Assembly (NCBI RefSeq): GCF_001194135.2 | Contig: NC_068983.1 | Coordinates: 92,096,763-92,145,544 of the forward strand | Reading direction: 5' to 3' | Length of the DNA stretch: 48,782 bases | Origin: Octopus bimaculoides | Taxonomy: Eukaryota | In this document: positions 1-12,039 of the stretch, in pieces | How positions within the stretch are numbered: position 1 is the first letter of the stretch | Layout: each line of letters starts with the position of its first letter | Position numbers and translations under genes: made by a program | The notes under the pieces: generated by a model | Seen by the model: the letters and a program-made list of their open reading frames with translations, nothing else | The model's database searches: none | What the model was told of the DNA's origin: nothing

Positions 1-268
1 TGGCAACGATCCCGCTCGAAAGATTTCATGTTTCGCCCGTACATGAGCCAGTCCGGGGGGCACTGGCAACGAACTCGCTCGAAAGATATGTGTCGCCCGC
101 ACATGAGCCAGTCCAGGGGCACTGGCAACGATCCCGCTCGAAAGATTTCATGTGTCACCCGCACATGAGCCAGTCTAGGGGCACCGGCAGCGATCTCGCT
201 CGAAAAAACCTTATGTGTCACCCGCACAAGAGCCAGTCCAGGGACACTGGCAACGATCTCGCACGAAA
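1..268. repeat. Minisatellite, 59-63 bp unit, at least 4.5 copies, cut by the window start
   Basis: tggcaacga-type anchors at 1, 64, 123, 185 and 248. Unit is about gagccagtccaggggcactggcaacgatcccgctcgaaagatttcatgtgtcacccgcacat. Confidence 0.9.
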
Positions 269-799
269 GATTGAGGTATGACAGATAAAGGTTTCATAAT
301 GATACTATTATTGGGCTATGGATGGTGAAGGATGTTGAGGTTATAATATACTAAGAGATGGGAAGCAAAAATGGATAACATGGAATGAGATGAAACAAGA
401 AGAGAAAGCAAAGAAAAGGTGTAATTCCATGGTAGATGGAACAATTCTCAGATAAGATAAAGCTTCGCACGATAGACCAAAAGGACTGGTATACTTTAGG
501 TATATTATGTGAAATTGTATTTGAAGTGAGGTTCAGGAAATATAATAACCATAACTAAATTAAAGGGATATGGGTGTATTATAAGGGAAAATAGGGGAAT
601 ATATGGAACCTGGGATTATATAAAAAAAACTACAAAGGTTGAAGTTGACACATCTGGTACTCTGGTAAAATAAAAGAGAAAATCATGAGACTAGTTGGGG
701 GTTAAGCTACCAAGAGATCTAGGATAGAAACAAATAAAGCATTAGCAATCACAAAGAAAAGTTAAAAATTTTAATGATTGAGAATTGGAAGTTAAATTG

Positions 800-2760
800 T
801 TTTTTTTTTTTTTTTTTTTTTGGACGATGAGACCACATTTTATTCAAAATATGAAAAGGAATATATTGTACAAAAGAAAAACAAAAAAGGAGGAGAAAGA
901 AAAGGGCAACAAAAAAAATATCAATGTAGCACCAAGTACTTCAATTGGTCACACACCACAAAGTTCAATGGAACCTACTGAAGTAAACCAGCATGCTTGC
1001 AGCTTTACCACAGGTGATGGTGAGACTAAGGTGTTGGAGAAGCCAAGCGCCCTCACAGGTATCACCTGACACCTTGGTATGGTGAGCTGTTAACAATGCA
1101 TTGGCCGTTAATGACCCAGCCCCTCCAAACATCTCAAATGCCACAGGCTGGAAGAGATAGTTCACTGCCATGTCCTGATACTTCAGGGTTTTGTTCCGTT
1201 TGACTATGGAAGCAATGACCCATTTACTGCAGCATCCTGGATGTGGGAGGGAGCAAAAGAGTCACAGACTGTGGCGTCACAGATGAGGCACCTACCTCTT
1301 ACCCAGGGACAGAGGTTAAGACCATCTGGTCTCTTCCCATCACTTCTGGATAATACCACCAGCTCCGGAACTGAGAGTATATTAATCCAAGCCAGAGCCT
1401 GCTTAATGATAAAGTTTAGCTCGGTGTGACAAGCAAAATGACCAGCATTTAGGCAGCAAGACAGACGGTGAAGATCTGTGGAATTGAGGGGCCTATCACA
1501 GCAACATCTCAATTCCCTACTGGCATCAGCTCCCATTCTGAGTGTGATGGAGATGTGAAGCTCATCTAGACTGAATAGATCTCCAATGTTGGCCACAGGC
1601 AGGGCTTCAATCCAGCTCCACCCCTGAATTTTGCACCTGCAGAAAGTAGGCAGCATCTTGAAAATTGATCAACTTGATCGAGGAGAGTGTTCTAAGTAGC
1701 ACCTGAATGCAGATTGTTCCATACTCTCTGCTTTCATCTATCCTCAACTGTAACAGGAACTGACAAACCCAGCTCTCTCCACTGTAACTAAGATTTATCC
1801 ATCTTCCTGATGGATCTAGTTTGTGTTGGAGAGAAGAGGATGTTGCCTACTAAAGAGCAACAAGCATGGATGGAGGAAAGAAAATAGGGAAGCGATAGAG
1901 ATGAGCCTTTGTGCAGACCTAGAGCCCCAAACCATTTGGGTAAAGCAGACTGGTGACAGGACTCTGGGGAGGGTCTGACATTGACCAAACATTTGAGTTT
2001 CCTGAAGATATGATGAGAATCTATAAGAGGGATTAACTCTGAGAAAATACAATAACTTAAGAATTGACAAGTAATTCCTAAGTATAAAAATACCTTAGTG
2101 GGACTCAGTTACCTCAAGATTTTCTAAAAGTTGCCCAAGGTTAGCCATTTTGGATCAAAAGATGGATTCAAAAGCTTGGTCAGAATCTGGGGCTCCAAGA
2201 GAGCACCATGCTGCTGAAGGAGGAACTGTAATAGAGGGGAAGAAGTCTATGAACAGGTTTACAGTCTGATGATGTAAAGCTGGGTGGTTGATGAGCCAGA
2301 ACTTGCGTTTGGAACTGTTAACTCTAAAGCCCCTATAACCAAGTTCTTCAGTCATCATCCTCACAGTTGCAAGGACCTTGTCAGGAGGGCCTTCCAAACA
2401 AGCATCATCAAGATATCAGACATTCAAGTGTAAGTCAGCCCCCATCTTGGTAACATCATCAATATCTGGTGCAAATAGAGCAGGTCCAAGTGGGTCACCC
2501 TGTTGGACTCCAGTGGCAGATGGAGTGAGATGGTCACCAAAGGAGAGGCAGGAAGGCTTCTGATAAGTTTGCCAAGCAGAGTGTAGGGCATTTTTCATAA
2601 GGATGATGTCCTGGCTAATAGAATTGAAGGCATTCCTAAGGTCTAGTTTAAGGATGACCTTTGGGGATTCAGAGGGCAAGTTAGTGAAAGCTCTAGTAGT
2701 TTGAGAAGTAGCCTCACAACCTAGCTTAGTACCTACTCCTTGTTGAGTAGGGGAAAATTT
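800..2760 (-). mobile_element. 5'-truncated, degenerate CRE-clade non-LTR retrotransposon (RT plus restriction-like endonuclease)
   Basis: RT motifs GVGTKLGCEA, KLDLRNAFNS, GVQQGDPLGPALF. C-terminal CCC..H..SC..H..LN and SRSDGKRPDG..PW..G...DATV endonuclease motifs. Minus-strand AATAAA near 838-843 and a 22-nt poly(A) (T-run 800-821). Many frameshifts. Confidence 0.8.
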
Positions 2761-4339
2761 GGTGGAAAAGACAAAGGAAATGTTAAATACACAGATATAA
2801 TAAAAAATAAGAAAATTGCCAACAATATTAGAGAATTTAAATATAAGCACCCCTATATTTTAAGGTGAAGATACTTAAGTTTTCATATAAAAATTCATTT
2901 GAAAATCTAAGATTGCTAGAAATAACCTGGGTGATATTTATATAAAGTACAAGGAAATAAAGTCAAATGAGCAGTGGGGAAATATCTATGCAGCACTAAA
3001 AAGATGCCTGTATCTTTGTACCTACATGTAATCCAAAAAGGATTGAACCATGTTATATTTCTCTTAGGTAACATCTTCATTTGTATAAGCTGTATTTGCA
3101 TCTGTGAATGAAATTATCCTACTTGGTGTTCTTGTAAATTTGTCTGTATTTGTATATCACAGTTCTTTTAAGTGTCAGTATTCTGTCTTCTGTATACCAC
3201 TGTACAGCAATGCTTTATAACTTTTTCTCACTAGTATTCTGTCTTTGTTCTGACAAGTATATAGTTATGTAATGTGGTACATACTAGACAAGATAAGTTC
3301 TGCTGGTCACTCCCCAATTTTGATACTATATAGGAGTGTAATTGAGTTCTGTTGTTCATATTTGAAAATGATTCCCTGATGAAATTGATATAAGAATTAT
3401 TGGTACAGCTGAAGGAATGAAAACATTGATATTGTTTTGTTGTGCTTGCTCTGTTCATGTGTTATAAACTATTTCTCAGTATATGCAACACGATATATAA
3501 ATGTGCATTTTACATGTGAGTTTAGGTGCTTCATACAGTAAGCTGTATTAAGCTATAATGTAATTGGTTATCTTGCATACAAAGCACATTACAAAGATGT
3601 GTGTTTATATATACACATACACACACATTTGCATGCATTTACAAAGAGCTACTATGCTTATTCAATAACAGTGAGTGTCCATTTTTATAGAACTTTGTAT
3701 GTGCATCCATGCATGTGTGTTCATGTGCTTATGTGTGTCTAAGTATGTCTTGTCTATGTGTATGTATGAACACTTTTTTTTATTTCCATTATTGTTCAGA
3801 AATGGCAACAACAGAAGAATAATGATCAAAATTCTTGTTTTGAGGCTTGCAGAGGATATGCTTGAAATATTTCCAGTTACAAGGTCTTATGTCTTAAGAG
3901 TAGATTGATGTATTTTGCCTATACAGTGTTTAGTCTATATAAATAAAATCCGTTTTGCGATGTCAGCCCACTTTACTTGCTTGGTATCCCCTCCTCTTCC
4001 CTCGATGATGTTAGTCTGATTTACTCTCTTGCCATAACCTCCTCTTCCCACGATGTTAGCATTCCAATAAAAATAAGTAAATGAAGAATATGATGATGAT
4101 TGTCTACTGGTATCTGTGTGTGTGTGTGTGTGTGTGTATGCGCATGCATATGTGTAACTGTATGAGACTGAGAGTGTGCGCATGTACGTACCTGTATAAG
4201 ACTGTGCATTTGTGTGTTGCCACATAACTTTAATCAGAAATAACCAAAGTTTTATTTCCCAAATTGTGAGCAGATGATAGTTGTATGTATATATCTAATA
4301 TAATAAATGTGAATGTACTGACATTTTTCCAACTTTAAT

Positions 4340-4556
4340 AAATCCTTTCTACTGGAAGCACAAGGCCTCAAATTTTGGGTGAAGGGATTAATTTGATTAC
4401 ATCGACTCAGTACATAACTAGTACTAATTTTATCAACCCTGGAAGGATGAAAGGCAAAGTCGACCTTAGCAGACTTCGAACTCAAAACCTAATGGCAGAC
4501 GAAATACCGCTAAGCATTTCACTTGGTGTGTTAACAATTTTGTCAGCTTGCTGCCT
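4340..4556 (-). mobile_element. tRNA-derived SINE, family with a gtcgactttgcctttcatcc core
   Basis: Minus strand has a tRNA-like head with a B-box-like gagttcgaagtc, then the core shared with copies at 23.9, 24.2 and 28.2 kb. Confidence 0.7.
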
Positions 4557-4890
4557 TAATATAAAGTAATATAATAAATATGAATGTCAATGTGTCACAC
4601 TTTTTCAACTTTACTCCTAGAGGCCGTAGCCCAATATAACATACCATGAATAACATACTCCATGAGTAAATTAAAAACATTATGGACCGAATCCGGACCC
4701 ACAATGCTGAAATTTTGGATTCCCAAGTTTTCATTATTGTGATTGTTTTCGGTGATATTTTTACGTGACTTTTTGTGTCAAATTTTTTTGTATGATAACA
4801 ATTTTTATAATCTCAAGACTAACTCTGTGAGGAAATTAAAACATTCTGGGCCGAATCCGGATTTCGGAGATTTTATTTTACATGATTTTT

Positions 4891-4977
4891 TGTGACGAAT
4901 ATGATCATCATTGGGATTTGACTCTGGAAGAAGCAATTGCAACAAATTCTTCAAAGCAAGTCAGAGATCTCTTTGCA
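4891..4977 (+). mobile_element. Helitron Rep-helicase-like fragment
   Basis: Translates CDEYDHHWDLTLEEAIATNSSKQVRDLFA, resembling the HWDxTLxEA...xxRxLFA linker of Helitron RepHel proteins as I recall it. Only about 29 aa. Confidence 0.45.
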
Positions 4978-5400
4978 GATCTTCCCATTCGGAGTCAGTT
5001 GCTTAAAAGCTGTCCTTTTGGGCGGCTTTTAAGCTAGTGTTGAATAAAATCATAATTAACTGATCCTCCTGTATTTTCTATTACCTAAAGCCAGTAACTT
5101 TTCAGCACTCCCTCGCATATATAATCTAATGTACACAGTATAAAGATATGAATTTCTTGCTTTGGAGACACAGGTCTAGGCAGGTTTTTATAACATTCCT
5201 TACCAACCTTCGGCTTGAAGATTGCTTGCAGACACTAGGCGTGTCAAAGCCCTAAACTTGTGTCCCCAAAGCAAGAACTATATGTAGATTTTATCTTTAT
5301 TCTCTGTATATGAAATGATATTTATCTCTCACTGGATGGACTACTTGCTTTGTTTATTTTACCTTAATGGAACAGTAAACTACTTACCTACCCATCTCCA

Positions 5401-5800
5401 TCCATCCATTCATACATGCATGCATACATAGCTGTTTTCCCGTATACGAGCAAAGCCATTGTTAGAAAGAATCATTGAAATGAGTCTTTGATGATGCAAT
5501 GTGAGACCCTTGTATGACTCTTGAGCCTGGCCAATGATTTGCACATTCTATTGCATAATGCATAGCTGTACTGGCTGATAGAAGGAACAGGTGCCACAGC
5601 ATGAAATCTTTTGACATGCCTTTTCAGTCCTCCAACTGAAAAGCACACCTTTCCACAGGTTGCACATGTTCTGTTGTGAACAACAGCCGTATCACAATTT
5701 ACAAGATGTTGATTCCTGTGAGTTCTCTGATAGCTGACCAGGCCTGAATGACTCAAGTATTTCTTCCCACAAATCACACTCATAAACAGCAACATTACCT
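5401..5800 (-). mobile_element. 3' fragment of an RTE LINE consisting of a triple C2H2-like zinc-finger module, 3' UTR and (ATGT)n-like tail
   Basis: ORF 5472-5795 holds three CxxC-x12-H-x3/4-H-type units (one intact, two degenerate). Its terminus caatggctttgctcgtatacgggaaaacagc resembles the 3' end of the RTE at 45586 (caatggccatactcgataacgagggggcagcc). Confidence 0.7.
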
Positions 5801-5961
5801 TGTCTTAAATAAAGGACATACAAGCATAAATAAAGACATACAAGCAAAATTTGAAGTTTACTATTATCTTCTCTCTTTTGTCTTTTGCTTGTTTAAGTCA
5901 TTAGACTTCAGGCATGCTGGGTCACTGCTTCAAAGAATTTTTAGTCCTTTTTTTTTGTTTT

Positions 5962-6087
5962 TAAAGCCTGGTACTTATTCTGCCGGTCTCTGTTGTTGAA
6001 CCATGAAGGTACTGGACATAAAGACACCAACACCAGTTGTTAAATGGTTCTATGACATGCATGCGCACATGCACACACACACGCACG

Positions 6088-6122
<35 letters not shown>

Positions 6123-6328
6123 ACGCACACACACACACACACACACACAGACACACACACTTACATGTATCTATCACAAGTTTCTATCTGCCAAAATCCT
6201 CTTACAAGGCTTTGGTAGACCTGTGCCTATAGTGGAAGGCACTTGCCCAAGGTGCTGCACAGTAGGACTAAACCCAGAACCATGTGGTTAGGAATCAAGC
6301 TTCTTATTTCACAGCCATGTTTGCACCT
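5962..6328 (-). mobile_element. tRNA-derived SINE with an internal (TG)n tract
   Basis: Reverse complement matches the copy at 27502-27870: head atggctgtg...ggttctgggtttagtcc and body caactggtgttggtg...accaggctt. The (CA)n-rich tract is at about 6070-6160. Confidence 0.8.
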
Positions 6329-7358
6329 ATATAAATAAACACTGAGTGAAGAATATGTTTTTATTTAGTTTTGGAAGCTTTTTACATCAATAAAAGTTCT
6401 CAATCAGAAGTGCATAAAGTTACAACTTAGAATTAGAAAAAATTTTTTTTAGCAATAACACATGAACAGTTGTCCACTGTATCACATCATTATTCACTCA
6501 TTATAAGCCCAACTAGATAAAATTTGCCCAAAGATTTTGGTGACTGTATCAAGTAATAATTTGTATTTTGTGTGTTATTGTGTAACTCAAGTCAGAATCA
6601 TTAAGCAAGCCTATTCCATGTTGACAGCTAACTGAATGCTTAAGAACAAATAACAATTCTTTTTCTTATTGACATGGGTGGTACAAAACAGGTTTTAAGC
6701 AAGAACTGAAACTGAGTAGAATATTCAGCTCTCTAGGTCTGACTTTCCTTTCTACAGATATTTAATTGCTTGTTTTATGTATTGATCTTTATGAATGAAA
6801 GCTGATCTACCAGAAACTATAACTGTTGTTCAATATTTTCTTGGTTAGCTCTCCCCAATCATACCCTTGGCACAGAGGTAGATAATCAGTTGTTTAAGAA
6901 TAAGCTATAAGTCTTGTCATCTGTAATGTCATGCTTTAATGTTATTTGGGCTATGTTGTACACTTCATTTTTCCATACATTAGTCAGACTGCAGTGTACT
7001 ATTTAGGGCATGTTACTGAGGGATGGACAAACTTGACTCAACGTGTTGTGGTTTTCTCATTCTAGGATTCAGTGGTGGTGGTTGATAATCTTGGACAAAA
7101 TTTGTATCTAATGTGGCTACTGATGTTCATTTAGTATATATTTATTTGCAATTGTCTAGATTTGGTAAATATTTTCAGATTTCCTAAATGTTGCAATGTT
7201 CTTTTCATATAGTGTTCATGTGTGTAGATGCTTGAGCTATGTAAGCACAAGTAGATATTCCCCATTGAACTGTAGTATGTATGTGCATGACTAATTAATT
7301 TTTTTCCAATTTCTGTAAATAGTTTTTCTATATGTGTGTGTGTATTTGTACTGATTGA

Positions 7359-7538
<180 letters not shown>

Positions 7539-7939
7539 TAATAACATAGTTACATATAATGATGATGATAATGACCTAGAAAAGAATATCTTTCATTGGC
7601 ATGATCAAAGGTTTGTAAGGAACAAGCATAAATCAATTGAATCAACCCTTAGTACATCAAAGATCATAACTAAATACCATAAAACACTACTGTTTGTACT
7701 ACTCCACAATAAATTAGGCTTGAGATTTTAAATGTTAGCAATATATATGGAGTGAAAGGATTTGAATTAGAAATCATTAAGAGGAAATTCAAGACCATAA
7801 CATGTTCTCCTTTAACCACCTCCATGTAATTTGGTGCCTATGAATAACAATGAATTATTATATTGTAATACATTTGTGCCCTGAAAGTGTTTTGTAGGAA
7901 CAAAAAAGAAAATAAATGATACATATGTATATTTACTTA

Positions 7940-8258
7940 CATAATATTTATACAACAGTAAAAGGAGCACTCCATTGGTTACGACAACTAGGGGCCCGGC
8001 TGATATGGTCAACGGAATGGCCTGCTCATGAAATTAAAGTGCAAATGGTTGAGCATTCCATGGATATGTGTACCCTTAACGCAGTTCTCAGGGAGATTCA
8101 GCATGACAAGGCTGGCCTTTTGAAATACAGGTATTACTCATTTTTGCCAGCTGATGGACTGGAGCAACGTGAAAATAAAGTGTTACATGTCACCGGGAAT
8201 TGAACTCCTGACTGTACCATAGTGAGCTGAATATCCCACCCACTAAGCCACGTGCTTT
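7940..8258 (-). mobile_element. tRNA-derived SINE, second family
   Basis: Minus strand begins cacgtggcttagtgg (A-box-like) and continues to ggagttcaattccc (B-box-like). Confidence 0.65.
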
Positions 8259-9065
8259 CACAATGAATAGTTGTTTTTAATACTTCATGATCAAAAGTAT
8301 TCATTACAGAATCATTAATCCTCTTGCTTTTATAGTAGATGAGAGATTGTAACCTTCATGCCTTATCCTAGGACATCTTTTTAATATCAATTGCAGCAGC
8401 TCTTCTGTACAGCATATTGCTTTTTGCTTTAATCCTGCATTGACTTGTTTGTAAGATCTGATCTCATCAATTTGCCCATGTCTTCCTCAGCCTTATTGTG
8501 ATCTGAAGAAAACAAATGTTGCACCATTCAGACTCTTTTTGCACCATGTATTCATACCAGCTTAGTTGTTTCTCTTGCATAGACCTCAATACCTTCAAAA
8601 CTCAGTCTCTCTCTCTGTTTATACAGATTACTTTTTTTTTTTTTTTGCCATTCATGCAATTTAACACATTTCTCTCCAGTTTCTGGAAAGAAATGTATCG
8701 ATTTTGTATGAAAGGTTAGTATTCAATACCCATATCACTATATCATACAATATAACAATCCTTGCACATGTTTCATACAATTTGTTTTTCGCACTGAGAG
8801 AGAAAACTTAGCTCCCATAGCTTCTTCCACCCCAACAGACACACACACATACACAAATANNNNNNNNNNNNNNNNNNNNNNNNNNNNNNNNNNNNNNNNN
8901 NNNNNNNNNNNNNNNNNNNNNNNNNNNNNNNNNNNNNNNNNNNNNNNNNNNNNNNNNNNNNNNNNNNNNNNNNNNNNNNNNNNNNNNNNNNNNNNNNNNN
9001 NNNNNNNNNNNNNNNNNNNNNNNNNNNNNNNNNNNNNNNNNNNNNNNNNNNNNNNNNNNNNNNNN

Positions 9066-10223
9066 TTTTTATGTTTTTTGATTTATTATTTGTGTTGCTT
9101 AATATGTTTTGCTAACATTGCTGTTCCTTTTCAGATTTCATCAGAAAAAGGTAATTAAAATTCATTAAAATCACAGATCTGTTGGACTTTCAAAGAGGTC
9201 AAATTGTTGGTGGTCATATGGCAGGCGCTAGCATAATGAAAACATCCGAAATGTTTAGTGTATCAAGAAGTACTGTCTCGAAAGTAATGACAACCTTTGA
9301 TAAAGAGGGAAAAACCTTCTTGTGGAAACAAAACTCTGGAAGAAAACCAAAACTTTCAGATAGGGACTATCAGACTCTTACGCAAATTGTTAGAAAGGAT
9401 TACAAAAGTACAGCTCCCAAAATTACTGCAGAGCTTAATGACCACCTCAAGACCCTAGTTTCCTCAAAAACTGTTCACCAAGAGCTGCACAAAGCTGGAT
9501 TTCATGGGAGGGCTGCAATTAGAAAACCACTACATTCAAAAACAAACATTGCAAAGCATTTAGAGTGGAGTAAAAACCTACAGAATCATTTTCCCGCTTG
9601 AGTCATCCTTTTCCTTCTTTCGGACCACCAGCTGAGTATACATGTGGAGACAGCCAAAAGAAGCATCTGATCCAGACTGCCTTCTTCCAACTGTTAAACA
9701 TGGAGGAGGATCTGTAATGGTCTAGAGGTGGGGGGCTATATCTTGGAAATCTGCCAGCCCAATGGTTTCCCTTCATGGCAGAATTAATAGTCAAAACTAT
9801 TATGTGATCAAATTCATTCCTATGGTTGCGGAACTGTTTCTGAAGGGAAACACAATCTTTCAGGATGATAATGCACTAATTCATACAGCTAACATTGTTA
9901 CTGAATGGTACGAGGAACATTCTAGTGAAGTTGAACATCTTATCTGGCCACCACAGTCCCCAGATCTTAATATCATTGAACATTTATGGTGCATTTTAGA
10001 AAAACAAGTAAGGAGTTGGTATTCTCCACCATCATCACTACAAGAACTAGAGGCTGTTTTAGCTGAAGAATGGACAAAAATTCCTTTGGAAACAATTCAA
10101 ACTTTGTATGAGTCCATACCTTGTAATATTCAAGCTATAATTACTGCCAAAGGCAGTCCTACCCCATATTAAAATAAATTTGTTTGAAATTTTAAGGTTT
10201 TCTATTATTTTGTCCAACCCCTG
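9066..10223 (+). mobile_element. Tc1-type (DD34E) DNA transposon relic; left TIR probably lost in the gap 8860-9065
   Basis: Fragments DFQRGQIVG..., GRKPKL, FQDDNA..H and WPPQSPDLNIIEHLW. Right TIR ends ...ttttgtccaacccctg followed by TA. The first catalytic Asp region is disrupted and there are frameshifts. Confidence 0.9.
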
Positions 10224-11206
10224 TATATATATTACAAAATATTACTTTCCTCTCCAGTACCCATTCAACCAAATAGATGCTATCAAGTATGGAGATTGGA
10301 TCTTAAACTTTCTACTTTACAGCATTAGCTTATTTATTCACAAATATGTGTGTTTGTGTAAAGGAAAGAGGCATTCTTTCAGAGCAGATCAACATATTCA
10401 ATCAGAAGATAAAATACCATGTTTAGATGGAGTAAAAAATTCACTAGTACAAGCATCAAGTATATATGAGGTCAGGAAAAGTACATTTTAGATTTTTTTT
10501 TCATGGGGAGATGGGAATACAGGAATTCTTTCTATAAAATGACAATGGTAGAAATGCTAAATTTGTGAAATGCTAAGATGTTTTCCTTCTACATTTTTAC
10601 TCTGTTATATCAACAAATTTTAACTTGTGGTAAATCATTAATTGCCTTTGGAATATATATTAGTTATGAACTTTCATCAAGAGAAAAGCTGTTAAATAGA
10701 ACTTGTTATTGATAGATTTGTCATCAGCTTTTTCATATGGTAAATCATGCAAATTCTTATTAAGCAGAAAATTATAATAAACAAAGTAATATCTCAATGC
10801 AATCTGACTGAAGTACAAGTCTACAGAAACTGAATTGTGCATATATATTTTTTCATATATCAATTCAGTACTAGAGTGGTATACTTTAGTCATTTCTGGG
10901 ATCCATGAGAAAATATACTCAATCTGAAATATAACAAAAGATTTATCAAATACTTAATAACTCCCTCCTACCTCATGATAATATCTTTTTAGGTATTAGA
11001 AAGAGGTAGATGGATTAGGCTATTGTGACATAAATATTACTTTGAATAGTATATCTCTAGGATTGAGGAAATCTTAATTACCAGTGTTGTTGATTCAGCT
11101 GTAACTCTCATGTAGAAATCTTTTGTTAAAGTAAACAGTTTATAGTGCCAAATCTTGGTATTTTATGTTCTAATTTTTTAATGAGGGTTAACTGGCTGAT
11201 TTTAAC

Positions 11207-11511
11207 GTGTGTGGACAAGATGCTAAATGCACTTTTGCCAAAGCACAAGAAGCCGAAGGCAAGAAACCAAACGGACTAAAGCCAAACGGATGCAATAATA
11301 AAAAGCAAACCATTCCTACCTACATAGTTTAATGCACTCAATTCACCAATTTGGCACTTAAGATTTATCGAAATTAAATTTTAATTTTCATATATCTTTT
11401 TGGCATCTTGCCCATTCGGATTTATGTCTGTTCAGCATTGTGTCCATTCGGCTTCTTGGCTTTGTCTTCTTGTCCTTCAGCAAAAGTGCATTCAGCATCC
11501 CGTCCGTGTAC
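11207..11511. mobile_element. MITE-like element with about 30-bp imperfect TIRs
   Basis: Left gtggacaagatgctaaatgcacttttgc versus right gcaaaagtgcattcagcatcccgtccg. Short internal repeats are mirrored in the two halves. No clear TSD. Confidence 0.55.
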
Positions 11512-12039
11512 CTATTTTAAAGCATAAGAGAGTACTCAATTTATAGACCCATTTTGAGCCATGGAATCAATTGAGTTTTATATTTGAATTTTTATTATAA
11601 CTTAAAAGCTTGAAATGCTTACTGTTAACTTTCAGCTGAAAATTTTAGTTCTAGAAGGGAATTTATATTATTCTTGTTGTCTGGACTTGAAACTCATTAA
11701 ATATGCAGTTTACTTTTATCTTCTATTAAAACTTGATGCCTACAAGCATGCACTTTAGTTCCTAGATTAACAAAGTAATTATTGCCCAGGATTTAAAATG
11801 ATTACAGACTTAGTCTTGTGAGATGAAAAGCTTTTGGAGTGTTTTACCATTATTACATTGAGATGTTAACAGAGGAGAAATAAGATCAGACCCACACTAT
11901 TACTTTTTAACACTTTTAAAATGATTAACGTAAATTTACACACGCAATGGACATGCTTTAAATCGGCGACATAATTATATGTCACCTGACTTAGAACCTG
12001 TCGCCTGAGTTAGTACTGGTCCACCTGCTAACTGATAGG

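Noticed and set aside
5472-5795. Host C2H2 zinc-finger gene nested antisense in the intron
   Set aside because: No TGEKP linkers, two of three fingers are broken, no splice acceptor context, and it has a LINE-type 3' terminus and tail.
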